From Ignavibacteriota bacterium (GTDB lineage: Bacteria > Bacteroidota > Ignavibacteria > Palsa-1295), in contig CAWBEI010000004.1 in NCBI GenBank assembly GCA_963787835.1, positions 192,001 through 256,000 of the forward strand: a stretch of DNA of 64,000 bases, read 5' to 3'. The notes beneath the pieces were generated by a model. The model was not told the origin of the DNA. It did not search any database and saw only the letters and a list, made by a program, of their open reading frames with translations. Every line of letters begins with the position of its first letter. Position 1 is the first letter of the stretch. Of this stretch, positions 50,106 through 59,810 are shown piece by piece. The position numbers were made by a program, and so were the translations under genes.

Positions 50106-50492
50106 TCAGACTCTTTCGATCGTGACGATCGCTTCGGCGATCTCTTTGGTGTGCGTGATGGATAGCTTGATAATGAACTCACCGCCGATGATATGCTGTG
50201 CCCGTTCGGTCATTTTTCCTCGAAGCTCGATAAACGGCCGCCCCGACCATTCTTTCAGCACACAAACCTGGCTCCAGTGGAAGCCACGCCGCACGCCTGT
50301 TCCAAGCGCTTTGGCATACGCTTCTTTAGCTGCAAACCGAGCGGCGAAATGCTCGGCGGCATGTGGCCTTTTGGCACAATATTGAATCTCCTCTTCGCAA
50401 TAAATGCGCCTCAGGAATTGATCGCCATAGGTTGCCACCGAGCGCGCAATGCGCGACACCTCGATGGTATCGATGCCAATTCCGAAAAGCAT
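50106..50492 (-). CDS. acpS: Holo-ACP synthase
   Basis: GIGID, ARFAAKEAYAKALGTG and SITH motifs. Confidence 0.95.
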   Translation of the reverse strand: MLFGIGIDTIEVSRIARSVATYGDQFLRRIYCEEEIQYCAKRPHAAEHFAARFAAKEAYAKALGTGVRRGFHWSQVCVLKEWSGRPFIELRGKMTERAQHIIGGEFIIKLSITHTKEIAEAIVTIERV

Positions 50493-51181
50493 TATGCAAA
50501 ATCATTATTTTGAGCATCGACAATATCGAGGATATTGCTGATGTCCGCAAGGTCGAAATCTGCGCCGGGGTCTTTTGTATCGAATTGATCACCGTAACGC
50601 GCGAACGCCGTTTGCATTCCAACGGCTTTTGCACCCGCGATGTCGCGCTCGGCCCAGTCGCCGACCATGAGCGCATTCTGCGGCGCGGTTCCCAGATGTT
50701 CCAGCACGGTCAGGAAAGGACGCGCGGAGGGTTTGCGCTCGCCGGTTTCATCGAACGTAACGGCAATGCTAAAAATATGATGAAACCCAATGTGGCACAA
50801 ACGAAGCCATGCCTCGCGGCTGGGGGCATCCGTTAGAACGGCAAGCTTAATGCCGCGTCGCAAAAGTTGCATCAGGGTTGATGTCGCGTGAGGGTATGGC
50901 TTCAGTGCGGCCTCGCGCGCACGGCGGTATGCAATCACTCCTGCGGCAAGGATACGATGATCTATTTTATTGAATACGCCGAAAATGAGATCGTCGAAGA
51001 CTTGTTGGTATTCAATGCCGCGTTCTTTGTAAATGGCATCGATTCGAGATTTAATATCAGTTCGTTCCAGATCCAGGCCAGCATCGAGCATGGCGTCGAT
51101 GGCGGCTTCGATGGCCTGACGCTTCATCGCCATAAAATCGACGAGCGTGTTATCGAGATCGAATACGATGGATTGGATCAT
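50492..51181 (-). CDS. HAD family hydrolase
   Basis: FDLDNTL, KP and MVGD...DIAGA motifs. Confidence 0.9.
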   Translation of the reverse strand: MIQSIVFDLDNTLVDFMAMKRQAIEAAIDAMLDAGLDLERTDIKSRIDAIYKERGIEYQQVFDDLIFGVFNKIDHRILAAGVIAYRRAREAALKPYPHATSTLMQLLRRGIKLAVLTDAPSREAWLRLCHIGFHHIFSIAVTFDETGERKPSARPFLTVLEHLGTAPQNALMVGDWAERDIAGAKAVGMQTAFARYGDQFDTKDPGADFDLADISNILDIVDAQNNDFA

Positions 51182-51639
51182 GCAGAGGTTTGAATTAGAG
51201 CCTGGATTTTATCCAATTGCTCATCGCTCATTCGAGGTCCATCATGGGTCGAAAGATAGCCTTGATAACGCTCGTTGAATTCATCAAGTTGGCTATGGAT
51301 GGGTTTCCACTCACCATCGGGAATGCCGTGCATCGGAATGAGCTTCACATGAGCATGATCAATCCCCATTCCTTCCATCACAATTCCTGTTCGTTTTGTC
51401 CCAAGTTTACGGTCGAGTATCAGAGCCAGGTTGCGCGCCGTTGTCAGTAATTCAGAATAGCGATCTGCATCGAGAGTGGGAACGTAACTTGGTTGGTGTT
51501 CTCGGGTCGCAAGTACCGTAAAACCCGGAGTATTTGGAAACGGCGTAAGAAAAGCTACGTGATGCTCGTCTTCATAAACTATCCATCGTTTTTCATTACC
51601 CTGAATCAGACGGCAAAAAAAGCACTCTTCTTTGTTCAT
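51178..51639 (-). CDS. HIT family protein
   Basis: Start MNKEECFFC at 51639; FLTPFPNTPGFT and HAHVKL motifs. Confidence 0.85.
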   Translation of the reverse strand: MNKEECFFCRLIQGNEKRWIVYEDEHHVAFLTPFPNTPGFTVLATREHQPSYVPTLDADRYSELLTTARNLALILDRKLGTKRTGIVMEGMGIDHAHVKLIPMHGIPDGEWKPIHSQLDEFNERYQGYLSTHDGPRMSDEQLDKIQALIQTSA

Positions 51640-51655
51640 TCTAAAATATGGGAAA

Positions 51656-51877
51656 TTAAAGAGCGAGAATTTTATCAAGCCCCGTCGTTCGACCAGCACG
51701 ATATTCTTCCATTGCCACTTGCCCCATTCCTGCCAACTCATCCTGCGATTGCTCGAATAATTCATTCCAACGAAGTTCGGATTCCATTTCCGCCATAAAA
51801 AGCGCGCCAAATTCATCCTGAAGCTCTGGTGGTAATGACGTTGCTTTTTCAAACGCCTTTTCCAGAAGTTGTGTCAT
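51656..51877 (-). CDS. Small antitoxin-like protein
   Basis: MTQLLEKAF..LP.E.QD...E.RW..LF..SQD.L......EEYRAG pattern, typical of small proteins found before RelE-like toxins. Confidence 0.55.
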   Translation of the reverse strand: MTQLLEKAFEKATSLPPELQDEFGALFMAEMESELRWNELFEQSQDELAGMGQVAMEEYRAGRTTGLDKILAL

Positions 51878-51920
51878 AAAACGTTCAACCGGATAGGACA
51901 AACACGGGTTCCACCTTGCT

Positions 51921-52691
51921 TTATTCAGGCATTTCAAAAGTTAATCCATCATACCCAAGTCGCACATTCGTTGGCAGATCGCGTTCCGTTGGTTCGTGTT
52001 TTACATCGTGATTGATATGGGTGAGATAGGTTATGCGCGGAGCAATGCGCCCAGCCTGTTCGATGGCTTGCTCGATCGTTAGATGAGTGGGGTGGGGCTT
52101 GAAACGGAGTCCATCCAGAACAAGTGTGTCAAGTCCTTCGAGGAGTGGATACGATGGTTCCGGAATCTCGCTGCAATCTGTTAGATATGCGAATTTACCA
52201 ATTCGAAAGCCGAGGATTGGCAGTGTGCCATGTAGTATCGGAATTGGAATGATCTCCAAATCGAAAAGAGGAAATGGGCGGTCGCTAATTTCAACAATAT
52301 TTACTTCCGGTAATCCGCCGCCGGTTTGGATCGCTGCACCGAAAGCATAATCGAATGTTTTCCGGAGACGCTCGGTAACAGATGCAGTTGCATAACAAAC
52401 CGGAGCCTTCTGCCGTAAAAATTGAAACGCTCGGAGATCGTCAAAGCCCGCAATATGATCGTAATGCTCATGCGTATAAAGCACTGCTTCGAGATGGGTC
52501 ACATGATGCAAAAGCATCTGCTGACGGAAATCCGCGCTGGTATCGATTACGATATTCTTATTGCCATGCTCGATGAGCACACTGACACGCAGCCGTTTAT
52601 CGCGAGGGTCGTCCGATCGGCATGTCTTGCAATTGCAGCCGATCATCGGTACTCCGACCGAGGTGCCCGTGCCAAGCAGCGTGAATCGCAT
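51921..52691 (-). CDS. MBL-fold metallo-hydrolase (PhnP/YycJ-like)
   Basis: LGTGTSVGVP..C.C..C, THEHYDH, YLTDC and LTHINH motifs. Confidence 0.92.
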   Translation of the reverse strand: MRFTLLGTGTSVGVPMIGCNCKTCRSDDPRDKRLRVSVLIEHGNKNIVIDTSADFRQQMLLHHVTHLEAVLYTHEHYDHIAGFDDLRAFQFLRQKAPVCYATASVTERLRKTFDYAFGAAIQTGGGLPEVNIVEISDRPFPLFDLEIIPIPILHGTLPILGFRIGKFAYLTDCSEIPEPSYPLLEGLDTLVLDGLRFKPHPTHLTIEQAIEQAGRIAPRITYLTHINHDVKHEPTERDLPTNVRLGYDGLTFEMPE

Positions 52692-52803
52692 AGTGGATAG
52701 TTAAAAAGTGGAGAGTGGATAGTGATTCATTCTTGCTTGATGTAGATTTAATTGAGAGCGATTTACTGCCCCATTTTCCACTATCCACTGTCAACTATCC
52801 ACT
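52692..52803. repeat. Heptamer-repeat (AGTGGAT) inverted element
   Basis: AGTGGATAGTTAAAAAGTGGAGAGTGGATAGTG pairs with CCATTTTCCACTATCCACTGTCAACTATCCACT. Confidence 0.85.
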
Positions 52804-53057
52804 GACTTCGCTACTTCTTCCTCAATGGCCTCGCGCAGGGCCGGGCGGATAAAGTTATTCCCAAGCCCATATTCATTCAGGCCGAGTGCGAGGGTCCGAA
52901 TTTTCTTCGGCACCGTGAACCGGCGGTTAATAACAAGTAATTTCTCTTCGCGCAGCAGGCAATAGCCACCGCCGAAATTTCCATTCTCGAAACGGAGCTT
53001 AATGCCAAGCTCGCTCGCGAGGCCCTTTAATTCTTCAAATAATTCTTCGTGAGTCAT
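52791..53057 (-). CDS. Conserved hypothetical protein
   Basis: ELK.LA.ELGI.LRFE.GNF.GG.C.L pattern; lies in a co-oriented run. Confidence 0.7.
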   Translation of the reverse strand: MTHEELFEELKGLASELGIKLRFENGNFGGGYCLLREEKLLVINRRFTVPKKIRTLALGLNEYGLGNNFIRPALREAIEEEVAKSVDS

Positions 53058-53158
53058 GTAGTAATAATGCAACCGAACCACAGCAACAGAAAAAGCAATG
53101 GATTTAGTTGAGATGGTGAACAGGATTCATTTGTATAAGATGGACATTTCTATCTGCA

Positions 53159-53602
53159 ATGATACATTACACGGAAGTTACTGAGGAAGATGTCTCCGAA
53201 TGGGTATCCCTCGCACTCGCGCTATGGCCCTACGAAACCCAGGCGGATATGCGGGCGCTGTTCCTCAAACGGCTTCCATTATCCAAAGAAAAGAGCATTC
53301 TCTGTAGAGATGAAAAGGGCGAACCGGTTGCATTTATCGATCTTTCGATTCGGGAGGAATATGTCGAAGGCAGTAATTCCAGCCCCGTCGGTTATGTGGA
53401 GGGAATTTATGTGAAGCCGGAGTATAGGATGAAGGGGGTCGCGAGAGAGTTGCTTCGATTAGGCGAGGAATGGTCTCGCTTGAATGGGTGTGCAGAGTTT
53501 GGATCAGATACCGAGTTGGAAAATGTCGAAAGCCAGGCGTTCCATCTGAGAGCTGGCTTTGAGGAGGCCCAGAAGATCGTACACTTCATCAAGAAGCTGT
53601 AG
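53159..53602 (+). CDS. aac(6')-I: Aminoglycoside 6'-N-acetyltransferase-like GNAT
   Basis: ALWP, SIREEYVEGSNSSPVGYVEGIYV and EFGSDTELENVESQAFH are AAC(6')-I signatures. Confidence 0.8.
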   Translation: MIHYTEVTEEDVSEWVSLALALWPYETQADMRALFLKRLPLSKEKSILCRDEKGEPVAFIDLSIREEYVEGSNSSPVGYVEGIYVKPEYRMKGVARELLRLGEEWSRLNGCAEFGSDTELENVESQAFHLRAGFEEAQKIVHFIKKL

Positions 53603-53849
53603 CATGTTCCCCGAGTGCGCGCTCGATGATCGCGATCACTTCCGATTGCATAAATCCACGCGGACGAAACCGCGAGCGCGCAAGATGAACGGCTTCTTCG
53701 AGCGTACTGACCTCGCCGCGCAGGTAGAGCCACACATGGTAGCCAAGCCGGTTTCTATCGTTCTCTTCGACAACGGGAACGTTCGCTACGGCAGCATACG
53801 CCTTTTGAGCCAGTTCCGTATCATGCGCTTTGGAGATATGAAGGGACAT
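53589..53849 (-). CDS. Hypothetical protein
   Basis: 86-aa ORF starting 5 nt after the M1 peptidase stop. Confidence 0.55.
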   Translation of the reverse strand: MSLHISKAHDTELAQKAYAAVANVPVVEENDRNRLGYHVWLYLRGEVSTLEEAVHLARSRFRPRGFMQSEVIAIIERALGEHATAS

Positions 53850-53853
53850 CTAT

Positions 53854-55836
53854 TTATTGTGTTATTGACACCCGTTGAGAAACTTGCTCCTGTTGTGACT
53901 TCGCGATCACCAGATAACTACCATTTGCGAGGCCCGCGACTGAGATCGCCCGATCCGCTTGCGAATCTTCCGAAGAAAATTCGTACGATCTAACGGTCTT
54001 TCCAGACGGATCGCAGATGAGGATCGCGACCTGACCGAGAAGATGTGAGCCTCGTAATTCTATCTCAAGCATTTGCTTATGATCGGGATTCGGAAACACG
54101 CCGAGCGTTAAGCCATCCGGTTGTGCTGTGGCTGGTGCAACACCGGCAGTGCCTTCGATGGATTTAACGATCCTCCATAATAACAACCCGTCCGGATCGA
54201 AGATGAGGGTGTCCGGTTGGAATCCAATATTGATGACCGCATTGGTTACGGCAGTCGAATCCATCATAACGGTGTCGAAGGCAATTAGGCCAGACTTCGT
54301 TGTAGCCTTGACCGGCACGAACATGCGGAAATAATTCGTCGAATCATTGTTCTTGACCTGATGGAACGAAATAGTGGCACCCGTGGGCTGTTTGTTCCAC
54401 AGGATCGTGTCCTTCGCATACCCCGTTCCGAACACCCAGGGCTTGAAGAACCATCCGAGATCTTGTTTGGAGATCGTATCGAAATCATTCCAAAGATCGT
54501 GGCTGGTCACGACGCCATACGCATGGGTGTTGCCATAATAACGCACTGCATTAAAAAAGATGGAATCGCCAAGATATTGCCGAAGCATTCCGAGTACGGC
54601 TGCGCCTTTTTGATAGATCGTCGAATACGGATAGTTACTATTATGATGATCGACCGTCGGAGCGCCAAAAAGTGGCAGTGTACTTCCTTTTGCTCCGGCA
54701 ATATTCTCATGCTGGCGCGTAATATATTTTTCTCGCCCGAATAAATGTTCCAGATCGAGCGATTCGCAGAAATGGGCGAAGCCTTCGTTCAGCCAGGCAT
54801 CGTCGAAGGTTTTGCAGGTTACGCGGTCACCCCACCACATGTGCGAAAGCTCGTGGACCGCAATAGTGCTGTTATCCGTGGTATCGGTAAGTGGATTCCC
54901 GCCAAGAATAGTTCTGTCGAGCGAGATCATGGTCTGGTGTTCCATCGAGCCAAAATCTGTTACCGCATATCCGACCTTCTGAAAAGGATAGGGCGCAAAC
55001 AGCGAATCGTAGAACGTGAGGATGGGGCTGACGCGCTCATTCATTTCCTGAGCAGCATTGTTGCTATCGCTTTCTAACGCATAGACATCGAAAGGCACGC
55101 CAAGCGAATTGGTGATGGATTGCATCGTAAATGGCCCGGTCGCAAACGTCAACAGATACGTCGCGATAGGGTAACTTTCATGCCAGTGCACGATGCGTTC
55201 GCCTTTATGGACTCCATCTGGAGTGAGCGAATTCGAAACGAGCGTCCCATTCGAAGCAGTAATATCTCCTGGTACCGTAATAAACGTAAGATCGACGGAA
55301 TCCGCCTTATCATCGGGCAGATCGTAACAGGGAAGCCAATGGCGCGTGCATCCAGTGTAGGGCGCATAAAAGCCAACGCCCATCGCGAACATCATAGTAT
55401 CCGCATCGGTCACGCCGCCCCAGCCGGTGCCATAAGCAGGAGGTTCATATTGCTCAGGTAATGGATGTCCGTGATAATAGGTCAGAACTTGGAATTGGGA
55501 ACCAGTAGGAATAAAACTAAGAAACGTCGGCACAGCTACCAGATATTCGCCCGACTGTGTATCGACCATAGAAATTGCGGATTTCAAGCCATTCACAAAT
55601 ACGCTGTCGATCGTTAAGTATTTGATATATTGAAGAATCTGGAAAATGGAACTATCAGCCGTGGCCATCATCGTCACCTGACCCCAAAGCGAGTCATCGG
55701 CGCGGTCGAGCTGGATCGTGGCATTATAGTAGTGGACATCGTATCCTTTTTCGGGCTGAGCACGTATAATGCCGCCAGCCACGAATACGAGTGTAAGAAA
55801 AATAAATGCGGATTTCACGGTAGTTCTTGTTAACAA
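53854..55836 (-). CDS. M1 family aminopeptidase with T9SS sorting domain
   Basis: GSMEHQT, HELSHMWWGD, WLNEGFA, YQKGA and CTD FPNP..LANGSYLV. Confidence 0.92.
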   Translation of the reverse strand: MLTRTTVKSAFIFLTLVFVAGGIIRAQPEKGYDVHYYNATIQLDRADDSLWGQVTMMATADSSIFQILQYIKYLTIDSVFVNGLKSAISMVDTQSGEYLVAVPTFLSFIPTGSQFQVLTYYHGHPLPEQYEPPAYGTGWGGVTDADTMMFAMGVGFYAPYTGCTRHWLPCYDLPDDKADSVDLTFITVPGDITASNGTLVSNSLTPDGVHKGERIVHWHESYPIATYLLTFATGPFTMQSITNSLGVPFDVYALESDSNNAAQEMNERVSPILTFYDSLFAPYPFQKVGYAVTDFGSMEHQTMISLDRTILGGNPLTDTTDNSTIAVHELSHMWWGDRVTCKTFDDAWLNEGFAHFCESLDLEHLFGREKYITRQHENIAGAKGSTLPLFGAPTVDHHNSNYPYSTIYQKGAAVLGMLRQYLGDSIFFNAVRYYGNTHAYGVVTSHDLWNDFDTISKQDLGWFFKPWVFGTGYAKDTILWNKQPTGATISFHQVKNNDSTNYFRMFVPVKATTKSGLIAFDTVMMDSTAVTNAVINIGFQPDTLIFDPDGLLLWRIVKSIEGTAGVAPATAQPDGLTLGVFPNPDHKQMLEIELRGSHLLGQVAILICDPSGKTVRSYEFSSEDSQADRAISVAGLANGSYLVIAKSQQEQVSQRVSITQ

Positions 55837-55875
55837 GAAGCCGTACCGAGAAGTGGCATCGAGAAGTTCTCATAT

Positions 55876-57144
55876 TTGAAAATGCCGGAAACGACCGAAA
55901 TTCAGCCGAAATCGCTAGCCATTCGCACTATTCCGAATGGGGCAGAGGTGCGTCTGCCGCGCAGCCAGACCACGCCTCTTCCTGACCACATTATCGCTGC
56001 AAGCGAGGAAATGCGGGAGATCGTCTCCGTCGTTCGGGCGATTGCGCCGACGGCCATCACGGTTCTCCTGATCGGCGAAAGTGGGACGGGTAAGGAAGTA
56101 TTTGCCGAACTCATCCACGATCTGAGCGAGCGAAAAGGGCCATTTGTCACTGTTAATTGTGGCGCGATACCGGAGGGACTGATCGAGTCCGAATTATTCG
56201 GACATGAAAAAGGATCGTTCACCGGGGCGGTCGGTCAGCGCAAAGGATTTTTCGAAGCCGCGCAGGATGGCACGCTATTCTTGGATGAGATCGGTGACAT
56301 GCCCTTGCAATTGCAGGTAAAGCTTTTGCGTGCGATAGAAACGGGAACATTTACCCGTGTCGGTTCAACGACTCAGCAAAAGACGAACGCTCGCATTATT
56401 GCTGCTACGAATCGCGATCTTGAGATTGATGTACGCGCCGGTACCTTCCGGGCCGATCTCTATTACCGGTTGCGAGCCGTGATGCTTCGCATTCCGCCGT
56501 TACGCAACCGGCGCGAAGATATTCCGTTCCTTATCGAGACGATGCTCGAAGAGTTCGTCCACAAGCATCATATTGTTGGGCCGGATGGCAAGCCCCGTAT
56601 GCCACAGTTGATGCCGGATGCTACTCAGGCGCTGATCGATCACGAATGGCGGGGGAATATTCGGGAATTAAAAAATACGCTGGAACAGCTCGTCGTCCTG
56701 GTGTGCGCGGTGCAGCAAAATGATGGTCGTTGCATTATTTCCGCGCGCGATGTTGAGCGCTCGCTTGCATCGAGCGCGAATGGATGGGACGGCCAGCGGT
56801 TCGAGCGAACGCTGCCCGCGCCGGCGGTACCACGCGAAAATCCGCAGACGGAACGGGAGCTTATTTACCGCGCATTGCTCGAACTTCGCAGCGATATTGC
56901 CGAGATCAAGAACATCCTTCATGAGCGTGGCACGAACCCACCTCCAACGAATACGCTGGCGCTTCCTGCATCCTCTGCTGGGAGTGCGGAGCCAATTCGT
57001 TCGTTAGACGATCTCGAAACCGAAGCCATTCAGCACGCACTTAATTTTTATCATGGCAACCGCCGCCACGCCGCGAAAGCCCTCGGCATCAGCGAACGAT
57101 CGCTGTACCGAAAACTGAAGGAGAAAGGACTTGAGCAAGTATGA
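55876..57144 (+). CDS. Sigma-54-interacting transcriptional regulator (no receiver domain)
   Basis: GESGTGKE, ESELFGHEKGSFTGA, FLDEIG, FRADLYYRL, WRGNIREL and a C-terminal HTH. Confidence 0.93.
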   Translation: MKMPETTEIQPKSLAIRTIPNGAEVRLPRSQTTPLPDHIIAASEEMREIVSVVRAIAPTAITVLLIGESGTGKEVFAELIHDLSERKGPFVTVNCGAIPEGLIESELFGHEKGSFTGAVGQRKGFFEAAQDGTLFLDEIGDMPLQLQVKLLRAIETGTFTRVGSTTQQKTNARIIAATNRDLEIDVRAGTFRADLYYRLRAVMLRIPPLRNRREDIPFLIETMLEEFVHKHHIVGPDGKPRMPQLMPDATQALIDHEWRGNIRELKNTLEQLVVLVCAVQQNDGRCIISARDVERSLASSANGWDGQRFERTLPAPAVPRENPQTERELIYRALLELRSDIAEIKNILHERGTNPPPTNTLALPASSAGSAEPIRSLDDLETEAIQHALNFYHGNRRHAAKALGISERSLYRKLKEKGLEQV

Positions 57145-57255
57145 GGTATGAAGTATGAAGTATGAAAGGGGAAATGTTTTTCGTCGTGTGATGGAGGGCG
57201 GAGTAATTTATTTTTCTCTTCTTTTTATACTTCATACTTCATACTTCATACTTGC
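57135..57255. repeat. Heptamer-repeat (ATGAAGT) inverted element overlapping two genes
   Basis: GCAAGTATGAGGTATGAAGTATGAAGTATGAAAG pairs with TTTTTATACTTCATACTTCATACTTCATACTTGC. Confidence 0.88.
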
Positions 57256-57712
57256 AACAGGATGTTATTCCTTCACCGGCGCCAGCATCCCGCCGCATAT
57301 TCATACCATTGGCATTCCGCTGGTCGAGGATAATTCCGGGTTCGGACAATCGGCGGTGCATCAGGACCTGACGGATCAGCTTACGCAGAAATTCACCAGC
57401 GAGGGTTCGCTGCGCGTGGGAAGTGTTTCGTCTTCGGATGCCAAGATCGAAGCATCCATCCCGGCTTCCGGTATCGATGACGAGCCTGTAAGCGTCAAAG
57501 CCGGTGAGATCGTAACCACAAAGCAGATCACGCTAAAAGTTCACGCCATCTACACCGACCAGAAAAAGCAAAAAGTGTTTTGGGAACGCGATTTCGCCGA
57601 AACTGCTCCCTATGCCATCTCCGGCGGGCTCTCTGCCCAACATACCGCCCTTTCCCAGGCCGAAGATAAAGTTACCAGCGATATTCTGATCGCCGTTATT
57701 TCGAATTGGTAA
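57155..57712 (+). CDS. lptE: LPS assembly lipoprotein LptE family protein
   Basis: GC-YSFTGASIP.HI.TI.IP N-terminus and W..DF; C-terminal ..NW. Follows a sigma-54 regulator. Start uncertain (57155 or 57191). Confidence 0.8.
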   Translation: MKYERGNVFRRVMEGGVIYFSLLFILHTSYFILATGCYSFTGASIPPHIHTIGIPLVEDNSGFGQSAVHQDLTDQLTQKFTSEGSLRVGSVSSSDAKIEASIPASGIDDEPVSVKAGEIVTTKQITLKVHAIYTDQKKQKVFWERDFAETAPYAISGGLSAQHTALSQAEDKVTSDILIAVISNW

Positions 57713-57716
57713 AACC

Positions 57717-59810
57717 CTATTTTAACAGGGATATCGCTGTTCGCTGAACATTTCCATTCTCGCGGACGACGCACTCATACATTCCCGGCGCGGCACCGCT
57801 GGCATCCCAGGTGAAGGAATGCTCGCCAGCCGATAACTCACCCTCGTAAACACGCGCAACCTCCGCGCCAAGGAGATTGACGATGGTAACTTCTGCCGCG
57901 CCGCTTTCCGAGCAGGAAAATGTTATTGTTGAAGAGGAACTGCAGGGATTGGGGTAGGCTGATATTGATAGCTGCATAGAGGCCGTCGGGGTTACAGCAC
58001 TGGTGTTTATCATTTGGGATAGAGGACGGCTCCAGACGCCGCTAATTTCTGTTCCAGCGAAAAGATCTGTGTCCTGAATTGCGAAGGTATTAACAATATC
58101 AGTCAGACCATCACCAACTGATGTCCAACTCATCCCGTTGTTTGTAGAAAGATAAACACCAAATCCCGAATTCATGCCGCTTGTAGAAGCAAAAATATTC
58201 TCGCCACGTACGAAAAGAGCACTAATGGAAAGTCTTTCATCTGGTAAGCCAGTGCTAGACGAAGCCCAGGTATTTCCACTATTTGTGGAGACAATAATAC
58301 CATTGCCATAGGTGCCAGCAAAAATGTAATTCCCGCTTACCACCAAAGCCGCGATATCATAGTTGCCAGCATTAAGGGAATTCCAACTTGAACCGCTGTC
58401 GGTTGAGAGAAAGACCCCAGAATAAGTGCCAGCGAAAAGGCTCGTTCCGCTCTCTGCAAGAGTATTAATGTAAAAGGAATAACCCGTTAGCCCAATATTA
58501 CTAGCAACCCATTCGTTGCCATTATTGGACGATTTATAAATGCCATTGCCATAAGAACCGGCAAAAAGCATTGTTCCTATTGTTGAAACGGCTCGGATCA
58601 CTACATTTGAAGGAAATCCGTTATTGATAGCATTCCAAGTTGAACCACTGTCTATTGATTGATAAACTCCCCCCGAACTTCCAGACGCCAAAAGGTTTTC
58701 GGGGCTTCCCGCAAAGTTAAAAACTATAGCATCGGTCAAGACGCTGTTCCAAAGAGTTCCATTATTTGTCGATAGATAGATGCCACCATCGGACAAATTT
58801 CCATCCAAGAGGTTTGAGCCCACTGGATATAGTGCGGCAACTGGAAAGCCTGTAAGAGCCTTATTCTTCGCAATCCAACTCATGCCATCATTTGTAGAAA
58901 GAAAAACCCCGTCAATAGTTCCGGCGAAAATATTTGAATCCTCTACAAGGAGTGAAACCACAGCGTCAGTAAGGCCATTGTTGTGCAGCGTCCATGTCTT
59001 TCCACTATCGTTAGATAGATATATTCCGGTATCAGTACCAACTAAAAGAGTGGTTCCACTGGTTGCGAGACAATATGCAGGTCTTCCAAATCCCGTTTGA
59101 GTCCAGCTTCCACCATTGTTCGTCGAAATAAAAACACCTGTGCTCGTGCCAGCAAAAAAATTCGAACCATTGACTTCAAGTGTTATTACATAAAGCCCAT
59201 ACCCCGTCAAGCCATTAGATGCGAGTGTCCAACTTGTACCCTGATTCGTTGATTCATAAATTCCCCCACCTAACGTCCCAGCAAAAATGTTCGTACCGAC
59301 AACCTTAAGGGTATAAATATTAAGGCCTGCGCCATCAATACCGCTATCGATAGCAATCCAGTTTGCTCCACTGTTGGTTGAAAGGTAAATCCCGCTATCA
59401 CCTGTGCCTGCAAAAAGATTTGAGCCGCTTACTGCAAAACAAGTTATATCAGTCGTGGGAGAATTGGCATTAGGAAGGCCCGTGCTCTCTGAATTCCAAC
59501 TCATTCCACTATCCGAAGAAATATAGACACCATAATAACCTCCTTTGTAGAGATTTGATCCACTCGAATAGAGCGAAAAAATTGGGAAATTTCCTTCTAA
59601 GGGATTTCCTGTTTGTTCCCAGGTTGCGCCATTATTGGACGAGGTAAAAACGCATCCTCCATAAGTCCCGGCAAAGATATCGGATCCGATTGCAGCGAGC
59701 CCAGAAATATACCCTCCTAATGGCCCGTTTGTTGGCGTCCACTGGGCATGCACATCAGTGCCAAAGCTGAGTAAACCAATGATAATACCAAGGAAAAAAT
59801 ATTGACGCAT
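57717..59810 (-). CDS. T9SS-secreted BNR/Asp-box double beta-propeller protein
   Basis: Start MRQYFF at 59810, signal ending VHA-QW, many FAGT..G...STN.G..W repeats, CTD YPNP..VNLLGAEVA. Confidence 0.87.
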   Translation of the reverse strand: MRQYFFLGIIIGLLSFGTDVHAQWTPTNGPLGGYISGLAAIGSDIFAGTYGGCVFTSSNNGATWEQTGNPLEGNFPIFSLYSSGSNLYKGGYYGVYISSDSGMSWNSESTGLPNANSPTTDITCFAVSGSNLFAGTGDSGIYLSTNSGANWIAIDSGIDGAGLNIYTLKVVGTNIFAGTLGGGIYESTNQGTSWTLASNGLTGYGLYVITLEVNGSNFFAGTSTGVFISTNNGGSWTQTGFGRPAYCLATSGTTLLVGTDTGIYLSNDSGKTWTLHNNGLTDAVVSLLVEDSNIFAGTIDGVFLSTNDGMSWIAKNKALTGFPVAALYPVGSNLLDGNLSDGGIYLSTNNGTLWNSVLTDAIVFNFAGSPENLLASGSSGGVYQSIDSGSTWNAINNGFPSNVVIRAVSTIGTMLFAGSYGNGIYKSSNNGNEWVASNIGLTGYSFYINTLAESGTSLFAGTYSGVFLSTDSGSSWNSLNAGNYDIAALVVSGNYIFAGTYGNGIIVSTNSGNTWASSSTGLPDERLSISALFVRGENIFASTSGMNSGFGVYLSTNNGMSWTSVGDGLTDIVNTFAIQDTDLFAGTEISGVWSRPLSQMINTSAVTPTASMQLSISAYPNPCSSSSTITFSCSESGAAEVTIVNLLGAEVARVYEGELSAGEHSFTWDASGAAPGMYECVVRENGNVQRTAISLLK

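Noticed and set aside
51640-51852. N-terminal extension of the HIT ORF
   Set aside because: It overlaps the antitoxin-like gene in another frame; the HIT domain starts at 51639.
55199-55230. ACTCCATCTGGAGT hairpin in the M1 peptidase
   Set aside because: A 6-bp stem is expected by chance and there is no clear protein insertion.
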